A DNA stretch of 64,000 nt from NCBI RefSeq assembly GCF_964355755.1, contig NC_092671.1, forward strand, positions 35,040,304-35,104,303, given 5' to 3'. The translations under genes and the position numbers were made by a program. Positions within the stretch are counted from its first letter, which is position 1. Each line of letters starts with the position of its first letter. This DNA comes from Antedon mediterranea (taxonomy: Eukaryota; Animalia; Echinodermata). Of the stretch, positions 38,240 to 51,009 are shown piece after piece. The notes under the pieces are model-generated. The model searched no databases, had not been told where the DNA came from, and worked only from the letters and a program-made list of their open reading frames with translations.

Positions 38240-40284
38240 CGTTCTCTTCTACTTTGTTTCGTTACTTTCTTTCCTAACTCATTTCTGTTTGCAAACTAAA
38301 GACTGCTAGTTTTGACTAGAGGAACGAATTTTCGACAAGTTTATGAAAACTTTTCTTGCAATTCAAGAGTTCGCTTGACTTTGCAAACAAACCTTTGCTG
38401 TTTTAAAAAAAAAGTTTACTAGTCCGTGTATCGTCTGATGCAAGTTATTCAGCACTATGAGATTAACTAATACCAAACTTTATTTTAAACTCTCCCAGTT
38501 TGTGATACCTTTCGGCAATACTGTAGTTTAATTGGTCACATGACTACAAAGACGCATTGATTTGCTGAGTTCACAAACCTTCTGCAAACCTGTTTTTTGC
38601 AGTTTATCGACGTTTGTTCAACTGATCTATACTAGCGAACGTTTGCAACCAAAGTTAAGTTTTATTTACAAATAGATAGTGTGGATAGTCTAGTAGAACT
38701 GCTAGCAAACTTTACCAAACTTTTGTTTACAAACTCTTAGTTTGTCATTGTTTGGAGAAGTTTGTGATTCCATGTCTAGACTTAAACCTTGTGTACAAAC
38801 TCTGAGTTTATTAAGAATGGTTTCCAAAGTTTGACAAACTGTATAGAAAACAAGTTTGCAGAAGTCTACACTTTAGCTAACAAACTCTAGAAAATTCTGT
38901 GTTTGTAAACTGAATGAATTTTTAAAATTACACTTAGGCCGAATAATATATGTAGGCCACTGACGTCATTCAGAATTTTTCAGAAACTCAGTGTGTTTCA
39001 GAATTCTTGAAAGAGATTTTATGTCCTTTTAATATCATATATCAACATATTTGTTTAATATTCTTCACCATACAAACCCTCTAACAATAATTATGCGCCT
39101 TTCTGAAAAAAAAAATTGGAAGAGTTTCATAGAAATCACGTTATGATTCATTTATTCGGGGGCACAACAACCAACTTTGTACAGATCAGGGATTCTTCTC
39201 TAAATGAATTGATAATTGTTTTATTATCAAACATCGCCGGAGTAACTGTTGTCTGAATAAGATTCACATTTTGACAAAACTACACATGACAGTTTTAGAA
39301 CAATCGAGAGATTGACAGTGTTTCTATTTCTTTAAAAAAATGACATTCATTTATCTATAAATCAAGTAAATATGCTGCAGGCGTGATGATGGCCTACAAG
39401 ATTATATAGCAATTCTGTAAAAAAATAGGAATTGTGTTTGATCATTATTTTGGAACGTATCCAAGCAATTTTATTAAGGGATTGGAAAAGAAATAAACGT
39501 ACTCTTAGATCCTATGTCTGAGTTCTTTCTTTAAATGGTGAAGTTGAGTGTTTGATTGGCATCTTTTATTAGGCCTTTCTTTGTTTTATTCCTCACTCAT
39601 TCTGCTATCTATCGTAGGCGCAGCCTACTAACCATATTTTGTATTGGTTTCTTCTTCTAAAAATTCTAAAATGGCTGCCTCTTCTTTCTCAGTTTGTACG
39701 TTTATATTATCATGTTCAGTATGTTGTTGTGTCTTCTTTAATTGTCCGTTTTATTTAAACCAAACTAAAGTTATTTTATTTTTTTAGACTGATACCGGCA
39801 AATCGTAATAATATATGATGTGATTCTGATTCTGTTCTATTATAAGTAGCCTGCCGCTTGTTTCAATCTTTCTTCTTCTGGCCGTCCCGCTGGTTCGGGC
39901 GCTTTTTTCAATCTTTCTTCTGTCAGACCGCCAGTGCATCCGGGCCTCTAACTATCCATTATTACTATTCAACTAGTTTTTTAAATATTTTTTCAGGTCA
40001 CCTTCATCTTATTTTGGGTTTTGTCTCCTTTCTTTTTCCCTATTTCATATCTGGTTGCCAAATCGAGTCCTGCAAGTTTCAATAGTGTATTTTTAAAAGT
40101 TGACTGGGTATTGAGAAATTGGCTTCATAATAGGGTATATTTTTGTAATTTATAATGAAAGTTTGATTTTTAAAATATCTCAATCTAAAAAAAAAGTTGT
40201 GTTTTAACCGATTGAAATACAATTGTTTCCATTTTCAGTTTTAAATAAAGCGCTTTCATCAATAAAGTTACTATTGTTGTTGTT

Positions 40285-40597
40285 GCCCTCTATCGCTGGT
40301 TTCTTCGTGTGGATAGACTTCTTAATCCCAACGCTTGTATCAACAAGTTCGAAGGTGAAACTTATCGGCCGCGGCGGGGGAGAGAGAGTCTAGAGGATCG
40401 AAACGAGTGTGTGGCACCGGACCGGGGGAGAAGAAAAGACCACCGTGTAACGTACCTGGACGATCTGTGTGTGTAATGGGACGAAAGTCTTTAGCTAGAA
40501 CACGTTTCAACCCGTTACTCTTCTAAAATGTAAAGGATATATAGGATATATAAATAGGATGATCCATACACAGAATTACAAATGAACGAATTCAAAG
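40285..40597 (+). promoter_or_regulatory. Probable promoter and first exon of a second gene (start approximate); possible ATG at 40582 (MNEFK...)
   Basis: Local GC/CpG-rich island (ggccgcggcggggg, GA tract) ending at a strong AAG|gtaagt donor, with no clear upstream acceptor; followed by a TAGGCCTA-rich tract. Confidence 0.6.
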
Positions 40598-40619
40598 GTA
40601 AGTTTTCACATTTTCTTTT

Positions 40620-40948
40620 ATAGCCTAGCCTACCTAGGCTAGGCCTAGGCCCTAGTAGGCCTAATAATATAATAATATATTAGACTAGGCCTAGGCCTAG
40701 GGGGAATCCGGCCTAGGCTAGGCCTAGGCCTATACCTATATTCAATCAATTATGATGGGAGGGAGGCCTAACTAAAACTAGCCTGGCATCTAGCTAGCCT
40801 ACCTCAAATCTAGTCTCCTCTCTCTCTACTACTACTATACGTTATTAGCAGCTAGGCCTAGGCTTTATATGGGGCCTACACTCAGTAGGTATCTAAACTC
40901 TAGGTGCTATTAGCTATTTACCACCCTAGTAGTATAGGCCTAGCCTAG
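40620..40948. repeat. TAGGCCTA/TAGCCTA/TAGGCTA low-complexity tract
   Basis: Many TA-(G/C)1-5-TA units directly after the donor at 40597. Confidence 0.85.
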
Positions 40949-41363
40949 AATGAATGTGTTTAAAATTGTGTGCAGGCAGCAGTGTGCACCTATATAAAAT
41001 ACAGGGTGGTGGATGTGTTTACAACAATTTTCACAAGAATATTCTTGCAAAATTTCAAATTGCGTTGCGGAATTGGTTAAAACAAAATATAATAAAACAA
41101 AACGAGGCATATTCTATACAAGGAGAAACTACGTATTCACTTATCGGCACTCTTCGGCAACGTCAGCTAGCCTAGCTCAACATCCATGCGCGGCGGCGAA
41201 AGGATCGATGTATCTTATTTAAAGTTTTTGCGGTCTAATTTATCGTCTCTCTTAAAAACATAGGCCTAGCTAAATTGTGTTATTTTATATTTTACACTAC
41301 ATTTTAATATATATTTATTACTTGCATAGTTATCAATCCTAGTATACTTTATAAATTGTAATA

Positions 41364-42112
41364 CAGTCGACTCCGCCAAAGTCGAATTCGCATAAGTCGA
41401 AAAATCGTGAAAGTCGAATTCTCAATCTCAATTCTTTCCTACAGTACATTACTGTGTCATTTTTATTTGTAAGTCGAATTTTTCTAAGTCAAAATTTGAA
41501 GGCTTTTTGCGGTCCGAATACACACATTCTTTAGTGATTTATATCGTATAAATCGAAGTAAAAAATCACACGGCAGCAACGCACTAAAAAAGCCGATACG
41601 TAATACGATAAACAAACGACAGAGGTGATAATGTGGGACCATATCGGTTCTCTCAAGCAGGTTGTATAGTATAGGCGGCGTCCTACAACTCGCGCTAGTA
41701 TAAATACTGTATGAGTTGAGAACTTGAGCGGCGTTTTGTGGGTACCCATTTTGTGCTAGACAGATGGCCATAAACAATGGATACCGATTTCGAATAAGAA
41801 CCGGAATGTATTTAATTATATGTTTTCGTATTGTTACGACTTAAACCATAAAGAAAATTCAGTTTATCATTGCCGATAAAAGAGGCTTAGGATTTATTAT
41901 AGGCCTAGCTAAGCAAACTCAATTCAAGAAGCCTCATCGTGTGGGCCACGATCGCGAAAGGGCAGGGTCTACTAGGCCTAGCCATAGCGCGTGGCTAGTG
42001 ATTAAGCCTACAGTAGGCCTAGCAGTTTTTTTTACAAATCTGTAAGTCAAAGTTCACATAACTCAAATTTTTATACCGGTCCTATTAGATTCGACTTAGG
42101 CGGAGTTGACTG
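41364..42112. mobile_element. pogo/Tigger-like MITE
   Basis: TA|CAGTCGACTCCGCCAAAGTCGAAT...ATTCGACTTAGGCGGAGTTGACTG|TA; subterminal aagtcgaa repeats. Confidence 0.9.
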
Positions 42113-45100
42113 TATCAAGCTTTGGTTTTATCAAATATAATACAGTACTAAAATACCTTGCACAGTTTAAAATTTGAGTATCCTTAATTCAAAATTGCGC
42201 AAGAAAATCATTGCGCAATTCCAAATTGAGCATAACAAATGTAATTTAAATAAAAGTTTTTGATTGTTCACTTCTTCATTTCATTATTCATGACATGACA
42301 ATGTGTAGGCGGCGCTGTACTGTCTGTAGGTTGTTATTAATAATTAATTTAAATTAAAATTTAGAATCTTTAAATTAGTTGAAGTGAGTGGTGTACATAC
42401 ATTATTTGTCGTGAATGGGCAGTCGCATACATTCTTGGCACTGAATATTTAAGACAGGGCTTTAATACCAAAATGCATTTTAGACCAGGGCCTGTTCAGA
42501 CTACATAGTTGTGGTTTTGCATTGCACTGAGTGTAAGGTCTGAACTAGGAAATGATTAATTAAAAAGATAAAAGATTAATCAAAGCTAATTAAAATGTGA
42601 CCTTGGTCTGCCCTGACTCCTGCAGGTCTTGTCTTTTAAAAATTATAGGTGTTCTACAAATTGCACTCCTCAATACATTCAGGGATGCTGTACTGTAGGT
42701 GTGCTGTTTGTATTTTAGTGTGTAGAAGTTTACCAAATTTAAGCGTGTTGTAAATCGCACTCCTCAAAGGCAGTTTGGGAATGTGTTAGGTGAGTGATCG
42801 CACTCGCTCGCTCATCTTAAAAGACAATGCCTGCCTGCTAGGATACAAAATCATAGGTCTGGATAAAACAAAAATTGACTTTGAATAATATTTTAAAACA
42901 TTTCCACAAAATAAGATTTATCATTTCCTTTTAAAATAATATCCCAATTTATTTGACACTATTCACTGGGTGGTCCCCTAGTTTAAAAGTGAAAGTTTAG
43001 AAATGGAATGTTAACTCTGAATACCTATGTTTAGCATTACAGTTCGTTAGACTTTCTGTCGTCATTTATATTATTAAAAAGTCCATCATCAATTATGTAC
43101 AGTACTGTAATAATTCTGAATGCATTAATTTTATTAAAAGAAAACAGAAACCAAACTCAATATTTGCCATACATGCTGGAAAGGGGTGGGTGGAAAAATT
43201 TTGTTTTTCCCTGTATGTTACTGAAATTGTATTGTAAATAAAATTTAGGCATGTAAAATACAGTATGAAAATGAATACATCACAAAAATGTATTTGTTTT
43301 ATGTTATCCAGTAAAAATCTATTTGGCATAGGAACAAAACATGAGGGCAATATACATATTATGACATTGATTTGGAAGAAGTACATGGCTTCTACAGGCT
43401 GGTGAAAACTATGTGTTTAAATCATATTGACCTCAATTTTTGAATTTAAATTTAATATCATATAGTCTTTATTCAATGCAAAAGGTGATAAAATAGATCA
43501 AACACTATATTCGTACTACGAATATGAATGCTGATTTTCGTCGATATTTGAATACGCTTTACAAATATGAAGTTGTTTTTTTTCTTCAAATATTGAATTT
43601 GATGAGACTTTTCTAAGAATGATTTCTTAATCCTAAGGAGATGATAGATGTATGGATAATGTAGCCATCTTCTTAAGATCTGGTGACTCACGAAGCGTTA
43701 AGTTCTTTAGGGTATCATGTGTGCCTCGGGGTTACCGATGGATTGCGTTCCCAGCTATATGATAATGTTGATGGAGTATGATGAATTGCTTTATTAAACT
43801 TTTTTTCGATGACGTATTTTGCTCAAAATTTTATTTTAACTGTATACTGGGAATATGTTATTGAATCCAATTTCAACAAGAAAGGTTTTATTTTTTACTT
43901 TAATTTGAAACAAAGAGACTTGCTATGACTCGTAACTTAAAAATTAAACGACCTGTACATTAAATGAGTCCGTGCTGCATGCACGATAAGGCTAATTTAT
44001 TATGGATCATCAACATTAATTGTTGCCGAAGTGACTTAGAAATAACATTAGTGGAAAAAAATTACTGTTTAATTAGGAAAATAAGAGTTTTTTGTTGCTA
44101 AATTGCATGAATTTATTTCAAACTACTAGTACTAGTATCAAAAATTATAATTAAAAGTTATTAATTTTACGCTAGATTTACAGAGCAGGCTGTTGAAGTT
44201 TTGTCACAGTGTTGCATAATTTACTGTATTCAAATTTCCAGTCTTTCGTTACATAGTGTATCCTTTTTTTCTGATCCATCCATAATAATGCTAAACTTAT
44301 GCCTTGTCTACACTTAGCAAAACACCGAGTTTGGCAAGAAAAGTTTGCAAAGTAGAGTGACTAGTCAATTAATTAGTTTATCTTGACTGTGGAGAGAATT
44401 GTAGCCAGTGTACAGTACTACAGTAGGTAATGCACTTTGCTATCAATAAAATAGCCGGCAACCAAATTAAGTCCAATGCGATCAAGGCTTTAGTTTGACA
44501 ATTTGTACAAACCATTGTTGATATAGTATTACCGAATCCCATAAAGGCAACCTACACACTTCCCCATGATGATTGCATAATTGATGTAAAAATAAAGAGT
44601 TGTACAACAGGATGGCATGTATTTCAGTATCCTAACTCTTCCACTAGGAAAAGAATACTTCCTTTTAGAGCGATCACTTCAGATTACGAATATTATCGTT
44701 AGTTCCTTGGAGGATATTTCTAAATGTGGTTTTCGAAACGGGATAGTTGGAAGATTAGAAAATGCGGGAAAGTTTGCGATTACTACATTATACTGTGTAA
44801 GTGTATTAAATGACATCTCTACAGCAGTTCTTGTGGTCTAAATAATATCTATAATTAGACCCTCTGGCGAGCATCTTTGACAAGATTGATAAAGTGTTTA
44901 TAGTGTAAAATAGAAGGTGAGAAAATATGGAGTTCTGTAATATCACAGTTGATTGATGTAGCCTACTGTACAGTACTGTACAACTGCCATGTCCTAATCT
45001 GTTCCCAAATTATTACCGTACAGCTTTTTCTTCCCACTGTATGTATTGGAACGAATCCAAGATTTTTAACACACTAGTGGGTGGGAACTACACATTATCA

Positions 45101-47919
45101 ACCTTCAGGCGCTACAGATGAATTCTAAATTTAAGAGAAGTCCATGACAGTTACAAAATCCCGACGGGACTAGTTTAATTTGAAAGTGGAACATTTTCAT
45201 GTGTAAACAGTTTTAATAATAATTAGTTATTTAAGGTGACTAATAATAATTATTTTCAAACAAACAATGAAAATAATCAACAGAAAGTTGTTTCTGTCTC
45301 TAGACATCTAGACAAACATAAAATTCTTGAACAATTTCATCTGGTTTCAAAATAATATTGTATTGTGACTATATTAGGTTACTCAAAATAGCTGAAACGT
45401 ACAGTAGCAAGTGTAGTGAGTACTTGATAATTGGTATCAAACATTACATTTTGTATACAAAACATAAAATTGTTATTACTATGACGAAGGAATGAAGGTT
45501 TGTAATTCAATTTTATTAAAATGATTAATAATTATCATTCGCTATCTCTTTCTACAGTACTTCTCCAAAAGAAAGAGAATGGGCTTGCAGATGGCACCCT
45601 TGTCTTAAAAGAGTGTTCACTCACTGAGCAGTTTTTATTTAGAAAAAATATGATTTCCTAAAACATTTTTCTCTGATGGGAAAATGCAAATATTGGCTTA
45701 ATAAATAAAGAGATGGCTCTTGAAAAACAACACAAATTCTTGTTTATGTATTATATTTTCAAAACAAGAATTAGCCAAAAATATTATGGTATAGATTTAT
45801 AGAAACAAACTGGAAAGTAGAAAGGAGGGAATGATATTGACACTGCCTGTGTTGTTGTTTTGTTTGTATCCTCATGCACACTGCTTCTTTTGTGTACAAT
45901 TTTAGAGTAAATAAAATTATACTGTAAATGTACTGTACTTGGAGGTGTACAGTATTAAAGGTGACAGTAAACATTCAGATTACAATGACAACTACATTCA
46001 ATTCAAACTATCTTTAAAATGGTTTATTGCAATTGTCCTATGATTGGAGAACTGTGAACCAGGGAGTGGGTGCTAATACATGTAAAACCAGAAAGATAAA
46101 GAGGTGAAGCAATTGTCAAAAAAGAAAGTAAACAAACTTTTGCAATATTTGTTTTGTTGTGATAAGATAACTGACATTCTTTGAATATTTACCTCCTTAC
46201 ACAGGAAATGGACAATCAAATGTCAGAAAATAACATTAGATTACCTATAATTTATAGTCTACTTTAGATAATGATGAGAAAGATAAGTGTAGTAATGATT
46301 GCATGTGACCTATATTAAACATACCTGTTCCAGTTTGATACAACTGACTATATTTACAAGTGGACCAATGAAATGTCTTGAATCTTGAAGCACCTGTAAC
46401 ATTCTGCTGACATCTGACACTTCTTCTAAGTATGCAGTTCAATTTTTGCTGGAATATTGCTGAATGATTTACTAAGAATTGTCATAAAATCGTGAATTTA
46501 TCTGAAATGTTAAAAAAAGACTGGTGTGTTTACCATGCGAATTTGCTAAGTAAACTTCTGTCTCCAAAGCCTGCTAAAATTAAATAGACCCATTAAAATC
46601 TTAAAAAATGATTTGTGACAGTGTTATCTATCTATTATTAATATCAAATTTGTACTGTATAGGGGGGATGTTTCCAAAACTTCAAGTCTATTATTAGTAA
46701 ATGGATTCAATAAGACAATCTTTTAATAATGCTAATTGTATTGGTCAAGTTTTTGCTCATCTCTATGAAATTTGCTAAAAGTTCAATACAATTTGACAGT
46801 GAGCAAGTACTTGCACTACAGGTACAGTAGTACAGTACTTATTGCAGAATTCTAAATTCTCATGATAAAATACAATGATGTTGCAACTTTTTCACAAAGT
46901 GGTGTGTATTCACATTACATTTTTAAACAAATTTGTTTTGACAAAGTTTATTTGTACAAGTAATGACTAATCTTATACCCAATTGTCTTGTCAAGTCTTG
47001 TTCAAGAGAGGTCTGTGAACTTTTGTCACTGATATCTTCAAATAGTGGAAAATTGACAGGCGTAACTGATTAAACTGCCTCTTTTTGTATGTTAACTTGT
47101 CCTTGCTTGTTTCAGTATTAACCTGATGTGATAGGATTTCATTCAGGTTGAAAGTCAATTTGACAGAATTGTCTGGTTTGTGTAAAGAGTTTAATTGTTC
47201 TTTTCATATTCTTCGGAAACTATTGTTTTACTTTCATTCCACTTTTTTCTTTCTTCTACACTTTTTATCCATATTATTCTTCAATTTGTATTATTATTTC
47301 TTCTCCATTCCAACTTTTTTCTTTATTCTCAGTCAATTCTTCTCATTACAATAATGTGACCAACATTGTCCTATTCTGGAAACTGAGTTCAACTACATCT
47401 TCTTTTCTGTTTGTACTTGAAGACAAGCTTCAAAGGCAATATTTATTAACTTTAAATAAATCTTTGTTCTTTGTGTATTTAGTAGCTGTACCTCTGGAGA
47501 GTAAGGCTATCCTTCCTATTGTGTATGTGTTGAAATGAAATAAAAAAAAAAATTAAAAAAAATATCCTTCCTATCTTCAGTATATCCTGGTAGTAATAGA
47601 ATACCAACACCACTGTTTGTTTGTGTACCTTTAAAATGTTGAGGATTTATCAAATAATGTAAAGAAAATCAATTTTAATATAGACTGGATGATAAACAAC
47701 AACATGGAGTATGTTGCCTTCACATTTATAGTAAATGTTATATAAAACAAATGTGTTCTTGATTGTTTCAGATAAATTTGGTGCATTTTCCTGATTGCAA
47801 AGCCAATAATCAGCACTCACTGTACATCACAATAAATGAATTTAGTTTGATTTTTCTCTCTTACAATTCAAACATAAATAAAACTAATGATTACTGACAA
47901 GGAAAAAGTTCAACTCTCA

Positions 47920-49610
47920 AAATATGAAACCCAGATCTGGAAACTCTCATAAAAGCAGACAGCCAGACAAGTGGAACTCTATGTAATTGTGAATGTGGAA
48001 ACCCAGATAACTGGAAACTCTCCTAAAATCAGACAGCCAGACAAGTGGAACTCTCTTAGTGAAAGTGGAAACCCAGATAACTAGAAACTCTCCTAAAAGC
48101 AGACAGTCAGACAAGTGGAACTCTCTTTAGTGAAAGTGGAAACCCAGATAACTGGAAACTCTCCTAAAATCAGACAGCCAGACAAGTGGAACTCTCTTAG
48201 TGAAAGTGGAAACCCAGATAACTAGAAACTCTCCTAAAAGCAGAGAAGTGGAAACCCATATAACTGTAAACTCTCATAAAAGCAGACAGCCAGACAAGTG
48301 GAACTCTCTTTTTAGTGAAAGTGGAAACCCAGATAACTAGAAACTCTCCTAAAAGCAGACAGCCAGACAAGTGGAACTCTCCTAATGAAAGTGGAAACCC
48401 AGATAACTAGAAACTCTCCTAAAAGCAGACAGCCAGACAAGTGAAACTCTCTTAATGAAAGTGGAAACCCAGATAACTAGAAACTCTCCTAAAAGCAGAG
48501 AGCCAGACAAGTGAAACTCTCTTAATGAAAGTGGAAACCCAGATAACTAGAAACTCTCCTAAAAGCAGAGAGCCAGACAAGTGAAACTCTCTTAATGAAA
48601 GTGGAAACCCAGATAACTAGAAACTCTCCTAAAAGCAGACAGCCAGACAAGTGAAACTCTCTTAATGAAAGTGGAAACCCAGATAACTAGAAACTCTCCT
48701 AAAAGCAGAGAGCCAGACAAGTGGAACTCTCTTAATGAAAGTGGAAACCCAGATAACTAGAAACTCTCCTAAAAGCAGAGAGCCAGACAAGTGAAACTCT
48801 CTTAATGAAAGTGGAAACCCAGATAACTGGAAACTCTCCCAAACTGGACATCAGAAAATTAACTCTAATACAATTTTGTAAAAATCCAGAAAATTGGAAA
48901 CTTTCATAAAATGGTCAAATCCAGATAACTGTAACTTCTTATAAACTTCAACCAATTCAATAAACATTTTTAAAAGTTGATACCCTGAAAACTGGAAGCT
49001 TTCCCAAAGGTTGATATCCAGTTAACTGGAATCTCTCCAAATTTGATACCCAGAAAACTTGAAAATCTCCCAAAGATTAATATCCAGTAATTAACTAGAA
49101 CCTCTCAAAAGTTGATATCCCAGTAACTGGAAACTCTTCCAAAGGTTGATGTCCAGTTTAACTGGAAACTCTTCCAAAGGTTGATGTCCAGTTTAACTGG
49201 AAACTTTCCCAAAAGTTGATATCAAGTGAACTGGAAAATCTCCCAAACAATACACCCAGAAAATTAAAAACTCTACCCGATGTGGATACCCAGAGAACAA
49301 AAACTCTCAAAAGTTGGTATCTAGTTAACTGGAAACTCTTCCAAAAGTTGATGTCCAGTTTAACTACTGGAAACTTTTTCAAAAGTTGATATCCAGTGAA
49401 GTGGAAACTCTCCCAAAAGTTAATATCCAGTGAACAGGGAAATCTCCCAAACAATACACCCAGACATTTTGGAAACTTGGTAAAACTTTGAACAAATCCA
49501 GAAAACAGAAAACTTTCCCCAATGTGGATACCCAGAGATCTGGGACACTCTCCCAAACTGGATTATCCACAAAATTGAAAACGTTCCTAAAACTTTGGAA
49601 ACTCCCTCCC
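47920..49610. repeat. 70-bp dimeric array (~13 units, to ~48845) grading into diverged ~33-35-bp monomers
   Basis: Period 70 (48421, 48491); shared ccag..actggaaactctc motif throughout. Confidence 0.9.
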
Positions 49611-50974
49611 CTAAAAAACCTAATATATTCCAAAAGTGAAATTTCAATGCACATTCTTTGGGTGTTTTTTTAATTTTTTTACTAATGCTAGGGAAAACAA
49701 ACATTTATTAACTAAAATATAAGATTGATATGTTTATAAAATATCAAGAAATTATTATGTGTTTCTAGATTGAAGTGTTTTGATTACATCATTGATTGAA
49801 GTTATATTTATAATGTTTGTTTTCTGGTGGACACAAGCTGAAAACTAATTGGCAAAATCTGGCATTCATGAAGTAAAGCCTGCAGAATTTGCGTAGGAAC
49901 GAAGACTGCTTGCGTAGCTCAAGGCAATTAGACCCATTCACAGTAGGAGGATGTTTTCAATTAACGGTAATATTGATTGCTACTTTACAATGACAACTTG
50001 ATTGTGGATAGTATCGTGCAGTATTCTTGCTTATTAATTATGGTTAACGAATGTGTTTATGCTTGATTAGTTTTCCTTAGATGTGGTTAAACTGCATTTC
50101 ATACTGTGTGTATACTGTACACCCACCATTTGGATCAATTTCATAGATTGGTGTTCATTCAGATCATTTAAACTTGCATGAATCCAAAATTAGGAAGGTT
50201 TTTATACTCTATTGATTAGAAGTTGACTCTTAATATGAACTACAGTATACTGTACTTGTGTCAACTTAATAGACAAGATAAATTTTAAGAAAAACAATAG
50301 TTGATGATACAATAGCAAGCATATAACCTACTGTTAAAAGCATCACAGAAATTGCTTACTGCTGTTAAACTGGTTTGTGTATTTTGCCCAAAAAAAAATC
50401 TGGGCGGATTATCCAAAGCTTTTTCTTTTAGTTGGTTATAAATAATGTGTATGTCCTATCTGACATCCACATAATTGTTCATGATTTATATTTCTTAAGG
50501 TTTTTATTGTAAGTATAAATAGTATACATTAAACATGTTATCTGGTCATGTGATGTACTTTTCCATCATCCAGTGACAGTCTTCATCAGGTGCAAGATTG
50601 TCTGATATTCTCAACTATCTGTAAGATTTAATTTTAGTAACTCAATCTCTTTTTTTTTCTTGCGAAATATAGGCGCTACTAGTTCCGTTTTGTCACAGAT
50701 TTATTATCTGTCAAAAACTGTTGCCAAATCTGCCATTTTTGAAAGCTAAATTCAGTATTTTCTAGAGTGCTGTAATTTCCAAACCTTCAAAAGGTTATAC
50801 CCACTAGACGACTTTTAATGACGGACAAAGCTAAGATTGTCTGAACTGTGTATATTTCTAGGCCAACAGTTTTTAAGGTTTATAAAGCAAAATTAGATCT
50901 AAAAAGGTTATTTCTTTGGTGCTAATTTGTACAACCAATTAGTTGGTTAATTCTATAGCATAAACTGACATTAG

Positions 50975-50976
<2 letters not shown>

Positions 50977-51007
<31 letters not shown>
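50977..51007. repeat. (CT)n microsatellite
   Basis: Perfect dinucleotide run. Confidence 0.95.

Positions 51008-51009
<2 letters not shown>

Noticed and set aside
49158-49704. Overlapping ORFs with repeated LDINFW motifs
   Set aside because: Translations of the diverged 33-35-bp satellite; neighbouring units have stops and the 70-bp period is not a multiple of three.
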